The position numbers were made by a program, and so were the translations under genes. The notes beneath the pieces are model-generated. The model searched no databases and had not been told where the DNA came from. It saw only the letters and a program-made list of their open reading frames with translations. Positions 19,336-27,998 of a DNA stretch of 64,000 nucleotides are shown here, in pieces (position 1 is the first letter of the stretch; the number at the start of each line of letters is the position of its first letter). This DNA is from Promethearchaeota archaeon (lineage in GTDB: Archaea > Asgardarchaeota > Lokiarchaeia > Sigyniarchaeales > SOKP01), in NCBI GenBank assembly GCA_029838195.1, contig JALGVJ010000009.1, positions 29,126 to 93,125 on the forward strand. Reading direction: 5' to 3'.

Positions 19336-20685
19336 TTACTTTTTTTCCCATTCAAAATCAAGCTGAATGAATTTTTTTGCATAAAAAAAAGCCACGAGCA
19401 ATATTAACGAGCAAATTGGTCCCCATAATACATAGCCAAGCGAAAACGTGGAGGATTTAACAGTAATTTCCGGTAATTCTAAAATGCTCCCCATGATCAT
19501 TAAACCAATAGCTTGAAAGATGTTAAGCGGAATGCTCGGAAATCCTCGATACGTGCCCGCTTTTAATTCTCCCGTAGTTTTTTCATCATCCTCGCTAATA
19601 TCGGGAATCATTATTGATTGAAAAATAAACCACCCACTCATAATTCCTGCCATTCCTAATAAAAACAAAATTCCAAAAATTACCGCAGAAATAGCGGGAA
19701 TTAGCGAGAGTAGGGTCAATGGAAGAAAAATAACCGCTGCTAACAAATCATACAAGAGACTTTTTTTTTTACCAAATCTCCTGATCAAGCTCCTCCATAA
19801 AAATAAAAAGACGAGGATTCCAATAATAAAGATGGCCGCTGCAGCTATATAAGTAGTTGCCTCTAATTTTAAAACTACCTCTGTGAAAAGCAAAATGAGA
19901 GAACCAATTTGTGTCCACGCTAGACTTGCAATGCCAATCATTAATGTCACTAATAGGAAATTCTTGTTCTTGAGCACTACTTTTAAATAATCCACCATTG
20001 TTGAAGTTATGGGAAAATGGGGCTCTGTTGGTATGAATATGGCCGCAAAATAATAAAGAATCAAAACAATGAGTCCAAAAATGACAACGGTATAAGAAAA
20101 ATTAGGAGGAATCCATGTAGGATTTTCTTTTATTTGATCAATGAAACTGGTTAAAATAACCATGGAAAAAACGGCCATTACGGCTGTACCAGCAAAGGAA
20201 AAAGTTTGTTCGAATTGAGCTGCTTTTGGGCGATCTTCGACGCGAAATTGCTCGGCCATCCACGCCCCAGATACAGTAGTAATTCCGTAAGCAAAATTGA
20301 AAATTTGATAAAAAATTAATAACCATGTAAAAATAGCTGTTTGATTTTCTAAGGGAAGGAAAAGGGTTGGAAGTAATAGCAACACAAATGAAAAAGATAA
20401 CACGGGAGTCAAGATGATCAAATACGGCTTGCGGCGGCCCCATCGCGTATATTTTGCATCACTAATCCATCCCAAGAAAAATTGGGAAAATGCGATCATG
20501 AGTTTCCCCATGCTTAAGGCGAACCCCACTAAAAACGGAGAGATTTGATAAGCAAGGATATAGAGCGTCGCTAATGCCATGTCTGCAAAGCCCATCATGA
20601 TAGAGGTTCCAAATTTAGGAAGGGAAAAAAAGAGGAAAGTACGCAAGGCGGGTTTAGGGCGTTCAATAATTACTTTTTCATTCAT
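19336..20685 (-). CDS. GPH/MFS-type transporter
   Basis: 449 aa and multi-TM, with the WISDAKYTRWGRRKPY loop. Confidence 0.65.
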   Translation of the reverse strand: MNEKVIIERPKPALRTFLFFSLPKFGTSIMMGFADMALATLYILAYQISPFLVGFALSMGKLMIAFSQFFLGWISDAKYTRWGRRKPYLIILTPVLSFSFVLLLLPTLFLPLENQTAIFTWLLIFYQIFNFAYGITTVSGAWMAEQFRVEDRPKAAQFEQTFSFAGTAVMAVFSMVILTSFIDQIKENPTWIPPNFSYTVVIFGLIVLILYYFAAIFIPTEPHFPITSTMVDYLKVVLKNKNFLLVTLMIGIASLAWTQIGSLILLFTEVVLKLEATTYIAAAAIFIIGILVFLFLWRSLIRRFGKKKSLLYDLLAAVIFLPLTLLSLIPAISAVIFGILFLLGMAGIMSGWFIFQSIMIPDISEDDEKTTGELKAGTYRGFPSIPLNIFQAIGLMIMGSILELPEITVKSSTFSLGYVLWGPICSLILLVAFFYAKKFIQLDFEWEKK

Positions 20686-21099
20686 TTTATATAAACTCCT
20701 AATATTACTTGAATAATAAATAAGTGAATCAAATATATATGTATTAAGGTGAAAGATGAAACTTATGTTCTTATAGAATTTTCATGAATCAAGGAGAAAT
20801 TGCAAATGAATCGAAAAGATTTATATTCACCAGAGGAGTATATAAAAATATAAATGTAGCTTGCTCCTTTTTGAAAGAGAGCCTGATGCTTTCATTATTG
20901 AGAAAAAAATAATTTATTGAACATGCTTGTTTTAAAAATTAAAAATGAAAAAAATCGTAAATCCTTAATTAATTCCTTGCATTTGATCTAATTACTTATA
21001 CTTATTAATATAAGAATTAATCATATAAATATCAAACAATTTATTACATTATACACTACATTTAATCAAAAATAAAACGAAACTAAAATCGTGATAAAC

Positions 21100-23043
21100 A
21101 TGAGTAAAGCAAAAGAAATTCCAATTCCAGAAGAGGTCAAGGGGTATTCACAGCTACGATTGGACGTAGATTTAACGAACGAAAAAATTACCAAATCGCA
21201 GATCTCGAAGGAGTTTCTTCGTGATTGGATTGGTGGATACGGTTTTGGAGCAAAAATTCTCTGGGACGAATTAGAACCGGGAGTTGATCCGTTAGGCCCT
21301 GAAAACGTATTCGTATATGCACATGGCCCCTTTCCTACGACTCTCTTACCGACCAGCTCAAAATACGGAGTATTTGCTAAGTCTCCTTTAACCGGTTTTT
21401 TTGGCATGGCGATATCTTCAGGAAGCGTGGCAGCTCAAGCGAGGCGCGCTGGAGTTAACTTGATTGTATTTAAGGGCAAGGCTCCTGAACCCGTCTACAT
21501 GGTGGTGGATGATGATGACTATTACTTAGTTCCTTGTGAAAAGACGTTGTGGGGCAAGGGTTGCTGGGAAACGGAAGAAATTCTAAGACACGAATTCCAA
21601 GATCAACGATTAGCAGTAATGTCAATCGGTCCAGCAGGAGAAAGAATGAGTAGAATTGCATGCATCACGAATGATAGAAACCGACAAGCGGGTCGCACGG
21701 GCATGGGCGCTGTCATGGGCTCTAAAAACTTAAAAGCGATATGTTTTAGAGGAACTAAAGGTGTTCAAGTAGCTCATCCCGCCGAATTTTACAAATTGGC
21801 GAAGAAATTAATTAAAGTGGCGAATGGTCCTGCTACTGCTAAATATCGTGATCAAGGTACTCCTGCGGGTTTGACGAGTTATAATAAATTAGGGATGATG
21901 CCCATTTTCAATCATCGAGAAGGTACGTGGGAAAAGATCACGGAAGGACCCATTACAGGCGAGATTTTGAATGAAGAATGGGTGGTGAAAAAAGTAGCCT
22001 GTTCTCAATGTAGCATAGCATGTGATCATCTTGCCCGCGTTCCTAAGAGCCATCCTGATTACCCTAATTTAATAGCAAGCGTGGATATTGAGTTAGTCTA
22101 TGGCTTTGGTACGGCTTGTGGAAATTGGGATTGGCCGACTATCTTCAAGTGCATTACATTATGCGATAATTTAGGCATTGATGCGATTTCCGGAGGAGTC
22201 ACCGCTGCCATGGCGTGTGATTTGTATGAAGAAGGCATTATAACAAAAGAGGATTTAGGATATGAGTTGCCCTTTGGTTCCACGCACAATCTCGTACGGT
22301 TCACGGAGGAGATGATCATGGGCAAGGGTTTTGCGGGTAAGATTTTTGGTGATGGAACGAAAATGGCGGGTGTTCGATTAGAAGAAATGGGCCGTAAAAA
22401 TGCAAGTTATCATGCCATGCAAATCAAGGGCTTAGAAATGCCCGCATTTGACATCCATGGCATGACATCTTTTGCAGTGGGAGAAAGTGTTGCAGTTAGA
22501 GGAGCGTGCCATTTGAGAAATGGTGCTTATGGACTGGATGCAAAAGGAACCTTTGATCGATTTTCCTATGATAAACCGCTTGAGAGAGGAAAAGCAATCA
22601 TGGATATTGAAAATATCTATGCTATTATTGATTCCTATATCATTTGTAAATTTACTCGTGGAATCTATGAAAACGATGCGGAGATGGCAAAAGTATATGA
22701 ATTGGTCACTGGCATTCCTGTCACGGACGAATTTATTATAAAAAGAGGAGCAGCAATTGTCAACCTTTCGAAATGCTTTAACATTCGAGAAGGATGGACG
22801 AGAGCCGATGATCATCCACCTCAACGATTCTTCAAGGAAGCTCACACGAAAGGACCGGCTAAAGGATTTACCCTGGATGAAAAAGGTTTTCAGACCCTTT
22901 TGAGCGGGTATTATGAAGCTCGCGGATGGGATCCGGAGACGGGCATTCCAAAGGAAGAAACTCTAAGAGATCTAGGATTAGATTTTGTAATTGGAAAATT
23001 AGAACCAAAAGCAGCAAAACCTAAAAAAGGAGGAAAGAAATAA
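21100..23043 (+). CDS. aor: Aldehyde:ferredoxin oxidoreductase (tungstopterin AOR family)
   Basis: About 647 aa with AOR_N and AOR_C patterns (GGYGFGAKILWDE, PLTG, GMGAVMGSKNLKA, CSQCSIAC). The ATG at 21100 (MSKAKEIP) is preferred to the GTG at 21091. Confidence 0.9.
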   Translation: MSKAKEIPIPEEVKGYSQLRLDVDLTNEKITKSQISKEFLRDWIGGYGFGAKILWDELEPGVDPLGPENVFVYAHGPFPTTLLPTSSKYGVFAKSPLTGFFGMAISSGSVAAQARRAGVNLIVFKGKAPEPVYMVVDDDDYYLVPCEKTLWGKGCWETEEILRHEFQDQRLAVMSIGPAGERMSRIACITNDRNRQAGRTGMGAVMGSKNLKAICFRGTKGVQVAHPAEFYKLAKKLIKVANGPATAKYRDQGTPAGLTSYNKLGMMPIFNHREGTWEKITEGPITGEILNEEWVVKKVACSQCSIACDHLARVPKSHPDYPNLIASVDIELVYGFGTACGNWDWPTIFKCITLCDNLGIDAISGGVTAAMACDLYEEGIITKEDLGYELPFGSTHNLVRFTEEMIMGKGFAGKIFGDGTKMAGVRLEEMGRKNASYHAMQIKGLEMPAFDIHGMTSFAVGESVAVRGACHLRNGAYGLDAKGTFDRFSYDKPLERGKAIMDIENIYAIIDSYIICKFTRGIYENDAEMAKVYELVTGIPVTDEFIIKRGAAIVNLSKCFNIREGWTRADDHPPQRFFKEAHTKGPAKGFTLDEKGFQTLLSGYYEARGWDPETGIPKEETLRDLGLDFVIGKLEPKAAKPKKGGKK

Positions 23044-23613
23044 ATGTCAGCTTCAACAAAAAAGTCCGTGGTAAAACGCAGGGGAGGAAAAATGCATCAA
23101 TTCATTTGCGTGGATGCCAATCTCTGCACGGGTTGCGAAACTTGCGAATCGGTATGCTCTTTTGTACACGATGGGGAATTTAATCCCATAAATACACGCA
23201 TTCATAGAGTTCGCATTGAACCCGTTTTGAACATAGCACTTGCTTGTCAAAAATGTGAAGATGCTCCCTGCGTTCGTTCTTGTCCTGAAAAGGCACTGGA
23301 GAAAGATGAAGAAACGGGATCCATTATAGTAATAGAAGACAAGTGCAATGGTTGTGCCTTTTGCGTGAGAGCTTGCGATTTTGGCGTGATTTCTTTACAC
23401 ATAGATTCCCAAAAAGCGTTGGTATGCGATCTCTGTGAAAACATGAAAGAAGAATTCATCGACCCCGAAAAAGGGGTGCCGGAGCCTCAATGCATTGAAG
23501 TATGTCCAAAAGAAGCCATTTCATTAAAGAACGTGGAGCAAATTGGAGAAGAAACCCGTTTCGATGCTGTAAAAAGACTGTTTGCTGACATTATTGCGGA
23601 TTATGAAAGCTAA
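23044..23613 (+). CDS. 4Fe-4S dicluster ferredoxin (CooF-like AOR partner)
   Basis: It has CTGCETCESVC, CQKCEDAPCVRSCP, CNGCAFCVRAC and CDLC...CIEVCP motifs. The ATG directly abuts the aor stop (TAAATG). Confidence 0.8.
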   Translation: MSASTKKSVVKRRGGKMHQFICVDANLCTGCETCESVCSFVHDGEFNPINTRIHRVRIEPVLNIALACQKCEDAPCVRSCPEKALEKDEETGSIIVIEDKCNGCAFCVRACDFGVISLHIDSQKALVCDLCENMKEEFIDPEKGVPEPQCIEVCPKEAISLKNVEQIGEETRFDAVKRLFADIIADYES

Positions 23614-24103
23614 CTTCAGACCCCATCCTTATTTTATTCTTTTTTTTCCTTAATTTCGGATTCTGAAATGGGAAAATGAGGTTTTTTAAGAAGCTTTTTT
23701 GAATTGAAAAATTTGATGTCATGCTAGCATTTTTAATAAATAAACAAACGAGAAAAAATTCATGAAATTTCCTCAACAATATCATTTAATTTTTCTAATG
23801 ACCCTTTCTTTTTTCAATCATTAAAGAGAGCTCAAATCCGAACAATAGAATATCAACACGAGACTAAGTTAAAGCTCTCTTTCTTAAAAGGGATTGACCA
23901 CCAATTGAACGCTCCAACCATTACAAAACCCATTTTGGATGAAAACTTTATCCCTTTTATCCCCATTTTTTACTTCATTCTACTTCAACAACTATCAGTT
24001 TTAGAACACCAACCTCCGCTTCATTGTCAAAAACAGCAAAAAAAATTTTAAAAGAAAAAAATGAATAGATTGTAAATCCCTCATCCAACCGAAATGAATT
24101 ATT

Positions 24104-24165
24104 TATTCCATGATAAAAGGTCTATTACATCATCTATTCCATGATAAAAGGTCTATTACATCATC
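24104..24165. repeat. Perfect 31-bp tandem duplication (TATTCCATGATAAAAGGTCTATTACATCATC x2)
   Basis: Read directly: copy 1 is 24104-24134 and copy 2 is 24135-24165. It lies 47 nt downstream of the stop of the minus-strand gene 24212..24739. Confidence 0.9.
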
Positions 24166-24211
24166 GTTCTAAAAATTCTTCAAAAATTATCATTGAAATT
24201 TTTAATATAGC

Positions 24212-24739
24212 TCAACTCCGGTTTTTCTTAAACACCTTTCTCAGCCAACTTAAAAAACCCGTTCTGTTGGTTTGAAACGTGTTTAGAAATTTTAACGTTT
24301 TCGTATTATTCGGACACCCTTCACATTCCTCGTGCCCCCCGCAGTTCTTCCGTGCCAAATTCATATCGAGCAAGACTTGCTTGAAATCATCAAATTGCGA
24401 AACCTCCCCATCAAACGCCTCCAAGGTTGAATCATATTTGCTCGTAAAAATCCCCGCAATCCTTCGAATTTTAAAATTAATATCACTCGGATCTTCCCCG
24501 CCATCCGAAATGAACACGTGAAGCAAATCAGGCCTCCTCTCATCCCTGTAAAAATAAAAATTATACTCCTCAAGATTAATCGATTTAATCGTAGACCCGG
24601 TTAACTCCTTCGAAAAATTTTGTAAAGCACATAAAAACCCTGTCAATAACTCCTCATTCGACCCTAATGAATGACACTCACCAAAATGTAATTTTATCAA
24701 GGGAACCCCATCCTTGATGATGAATATATTCCGAATCAT
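24212..24739 (-). CDS. Hypothetical protein with a longin-like N-terminal domain and a C-terminal Cys cluster
   Basis: 175 aa. By eye the pattern is beta-beta (MIRNIFIIKDGVPLIKLHF), helix (ELLTGFLCALQNFSKEL), beta strands (IKSINLEEYNFYFYR, LLHVFISD), helix (INFKIRRIAGIFTSKY). The tail carries CGGHEECEGCP. The fold assignment is not verified. Confidence 0.3.
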   Translation of the reverse strand: MIRNIFIIKDGVPLIKLHFGECHSLGSNEELLTGFLCALQNFSKELTGSTIKSINLEEYNFYFYRDERRPDLLHVFISDGGEDPSDINFKIRRIAGIFTSKYDSTLEAFDGEVSQFDDFKQVLLDMNLARKNCGGHEECEGCPNNTKTLKFLNTFQTNRTGFLSWLRKVFKKNRS

Positions 24740-25346
24740 GACTTAAGCATTTTAAAATTCATTCTATAAGAAAATTCATATCCCTTAATTTTTAAATCTT
24801 ATTTTCATGAAATATAATCCACTCTCATCCGTTCCTCCCATCCCTTGCGCACACCACCTCTCTCACCAAAAAACCAAGTAAAGATTCCCTCTCTGTAATA
24901 CACTCATCCAAATTTTATTCTATACACGTCTTCCCTATCGATGATTTCTATTTATTAAAATTCTTTCTAACCCTAATAAACCATATCTTTTACCAGCCCC
25001 CATTATCCTTGTAAATACGACACTCGCTTCCCTCCACGTGATTTCTAAATTAACCCCCCCAATTTATCACCCGCCTAATTTCAAATCTTAGGTCTATCCT
25101 TTCTTCCCTCATCTCCCCCCTCCAGCCAACACCCTCTCAGCATGACATTATCTTCCTCTTCAAACCATTGGTGTTTCCCAATTTGACAAAAAAATTAAGA
25201 AAAATTAAATATCCTAAAATAAAATCCTATAAGAATTAATATTAAATTAAATTGTTAATTGTTTAAATTATATAATACGTTTTAATAACACATGAATTAA
25301 AGATCCTATATATTAGGAGGTATCAAGATAAAAAAGGTGAGAAAAT

Positions 25347-27308
25347 TTGTCTGATAATCAGACCACGGGTAAACCTACGGTGGGAGTTTTCGTATGCCGC
25401 TGAGGGATTAACATCGCTGGGATCTTAGATGTTCCACGCATGGTTATAGAATTAAACAAGTTAGAAGGCGTGAAAGCGTTCGAATATATTAGCATGTGTA
25501 CGGAGGGAGGCGCTACCTATATTAAGGAGCAGATAGCTGAGAGCAAGCTCGAGCGCATCGTCGTGGCGGCTTGCACGCCCCGCACCCATCAACCAGTCTT
25601 TCATGCTATTTTAAAGGAAGCTGGTTTGCCACCTCGATATTTGGAGTTCGTTAACATACGAGAGCATTGTAGTTTTGTCCATCAAGCACTTGAAATTCGA
25701 GAGAAGGCATTTAATAAAGCCTTGGAATTAATTAAAGCGGGGATTGCTCGAGCCCGATTTTTAGAGGATGTTCCCACGAAGACGGTCAAGGTGAATCAAG
25801 CAGCTTTAGTGGTTGGGGGAGGCATTGCGGGCTTATCGGCTGCCATTGACTTGGGGGATGCAGGATTTAAGGTGTATTTGGTGGAGAAGAATACGACGAT
25901 CGGTGGGAGAATGTCTCAGCTCGACCGCACCTTTCCGACCGATGATTGTAGCATATGAATATTAGGCCCGAAGATGCTCGAGGCGAATCGCCATCCCAAC
26001 ATAGAAATCTTAAGCTATTCAGAAGTCATTGAAGTAAATGGATATATTGGAAATTTTAATGTTAAGATAAAGCGTAAATCTCGCTACGTGGATGAGACAA
26101 AATGCACAGGTTGTGGAAGCTGTACGGATGCATGTCCCATTTACGTGCCCAATTACTTTGATGAGTATCTTTCGGCCCGTAAAGTGATTGATATTGCTTT
26201 TGCTCAAGCAGTACCAGCGGTTAGAAACATTGAGCGTCATTCGTGCGTGGAATGCTTCGCATGTGTGGATGCTTGTGAGCAATCTGCAATAGATTTTAGC
26301 ATTCAAGACAAGATCATGGAGGTAGAAGTTGGAACCATCATTATAGCAACAGGTTGGGACTTATACGAAGGAGAAGATTATGGATATGGCATTTATGATA
26401 ACGTCATTAATCAAATTCAATTGGAGCGAATCTTGGCACCTAATGGACCCACATTGGGCCATTTAAAGCGTCCTTCTGATGGAAAAAGGCCGAAGCGTAT
26501 CTTGTTTATCAATTGCGTGGGCTCACGAGATATCAATAAAAACCCTTGGTGCAGCGTGGTGTGTTGTAATTTATCCTTGAAGAATTCCAAGCTCATCAAG
26601 TCAGAGCATCCCGATTCGGAAATCGTGTGTGTTTACATAGACATGCGTTGTGCCGGAAAAGATTATGAGGAGTATTACCGGCGATCTCGCGATGCGGGTA
26701 TTATTTTCGTAAAGGGTATCGTGGGTAAAATTGAGGAAGATCCAGAAACAAAGAACTTGCGCGTTTGGTTTGAGCCGGTTGGAGCAGATACGGTGATAAG
26801 CAAGGAATTTGACATGGTGGTACTATCCTCATCATCGTTGCCCTCGAAGGGAACGAGGGAAATAGCAGAAGTACTTAACATGGAGCGGAGTCCTGACGGA
26901 TTTTTAAAAGAATATCATGCACGATTAGACCCGATAAGTACTAAAGTATATGGCATTTATATTTGCGGCTCATCTCAAGGACAGAAGGAAATCGATAAAG
27001 CAGTGAGTCAAGCAAAGGGAGCCGCCTCTAGTGCGGCAATTCCCATGAAAAAGGGAGAGTTTACCATTGAATTAATTCGAGCTACACCGTCAGATGAGCG
27101 ATGTGCAAAATGCTATAAATGCATAGAGATCTGTCCATTTAGTGCAATCTCTGTGAATGAAACTGGAAATCTAGTAGTTGATTTAATTGCGTGCCGAGGA
27201 TGCGGAACTTGCGCAGCTATTTGTCCTTCGAAAGCGATTGATTTAATTTATTATCGAGATCTACAATACATGAATTTGATAGATGAATTACTTCCCATGG
27301 AAGATTAA
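25347..27308 (+). CDS. hdrA: Heterodisulfide reductase subunit A (HdrA), selenocysteine form with two in-frame UGA codons (25401-25403, 25956-25958)
   Basis: TTG at 25347 lies 7 nt after AGGTGA. One frame gives GVFVCR-U-GINIAG..VVAACTPRTH..NIREHCSFVH..GGGIAGL..PTDDCSI-U-ILGPKM.. plus ferredoxin CxxCxxCxxxCP motifs, 653 codons in all. The track's ORFs 25440..25958 and 25974..27308 are in the same frame. Confidence 0.85.
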
Positions 27309-27321
27309 AGAGGTTAAAAAA

Positions 27322-27768
27322 ATGTCGGAAATGGATGATATTAAGATTTTGGCTTTCCTCTGTTGGAAATGAGGATATGGGTCGGCAGACATGGCAGGAA
27401 CCATTCGTGCGCAATATCCCACGTCGATTCGGCCTGTTTTAGTTCCATGTACGGGTAGGGTAGGAGCAGACGATGTCATGCGGGCGTTTGGAAGAGGAGC
27501 AGATGGCGTGATGATTGTAGGATGATATCCTCATGAATGTGACTATGAAATCGGGAATTTTTTCGCTTATCGTCAGGTGGAATATTTAAAAGAAGTAATG
27601 AGGGCTGTTGGACTTAGTGAAGAGAGGCTCATGATGGGCTTCTGTTCGGCAGCAGAAGGAGAGAAGTTTCAGAGAACGGCCACGGAATTTGACAAGCGAA
27701 TTAGAGAATTAGGGCCGAGTCCGTTGAGAACAAAAAGCGGCACCTCCAAAAAAAAAGCAAAAGTATAA
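27322..27768 (+). CDS. vhuD: MvhD/VhuD-type [2Fe-2S] subunit, selenocysteine form with two in-frame UGA codons (27370-27372, 27523-27525)
   Basis: ATG at 27322 gives MSEMDDIKILAFLCWK-U-GYGSADMAG...LVPCTGRV...GADGVMIVG-U-YPHECDYEIGNFFAYRQ..., the MvhD signature with U at two Cys positions. The track sees only the last 63 aa (27577..27768). Confidence 0.85.
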
Positions 27769-27773
27769 AAAAC

Positions 27774-27832
27774 GTGTTAGCTGATGATGCTGGGTTGGAA
27801 ATATTAGAACCTAGTGGAGGAAATGGTTGCAC
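27774..27832 (+). promoter_or_regulatory. SECIS-like hairpin in the vhuD 3' UTR (ATGA...A-rich loop...GA kink-turn-type core)
   Basis: Hand fold: CTGGGTT (27790-96) pairs with AACCTAG (27808-14), extended by two G-U pairs. The apical loop is the 11-nt GGAAATATTAG. AUGA (27784-87) faces GAGG (27817-20), which allows tandem G.A/A.G pairs. An imperfect lower helix pairs 27774-81 with 27825-32. Confidence 0.55.
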
Positions 27833-27998
27833 CATTAACACGCCTTTAATCATTAAAAAAATATAAAGATTTAAGACACGTATTAGAAAAAATAAAGAGA
27901 GAACAACTTGAAGTTTTAAAACAAATTAAATAGAAATTTTAAAAAAAAATAACTTGTTCCATTTAATAATTAAAAATAACTATTCAAGTGGGAAATAC

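Noticed and set aside
24104-24165. Possible CRISPR array or mini-array
   Set aside because: There are only two units, directly abutting with no spacer, and no further copies or cas genes in the window.
25100-25140. G-quadruplex on the minus strand (GGG..GGGGGG..GGG runs)
   Set aside because: The runs are present, but the loop lengths and run count are marginal for a canonical G4, and I cannot evaluate stability by eye. It is kept only as one possible explanation inside the skew finding.
25440-27308. Reading 25440..25958 and 25974..27308 as two separate genes, or as a nonsense-disrupted hdrA pseudogene
   Set aside because: Both pieces and the upstream 25347-25439 segment are in a single frame. 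The interrupting codons are both TGA and fall exactly where HdrA homologues have conserved Cys. The neighbouring vhuD shows the same pattern, and a SECIS-like hairpin follows. Sec recoding is the more economical explanation.
27577-27768. The 63-aa ORF as an independent small gene
   Set aside because: It is the C-terminal third of the MvhD/VhuD frame that starts at ATG 27322 and passes two TGA codons.
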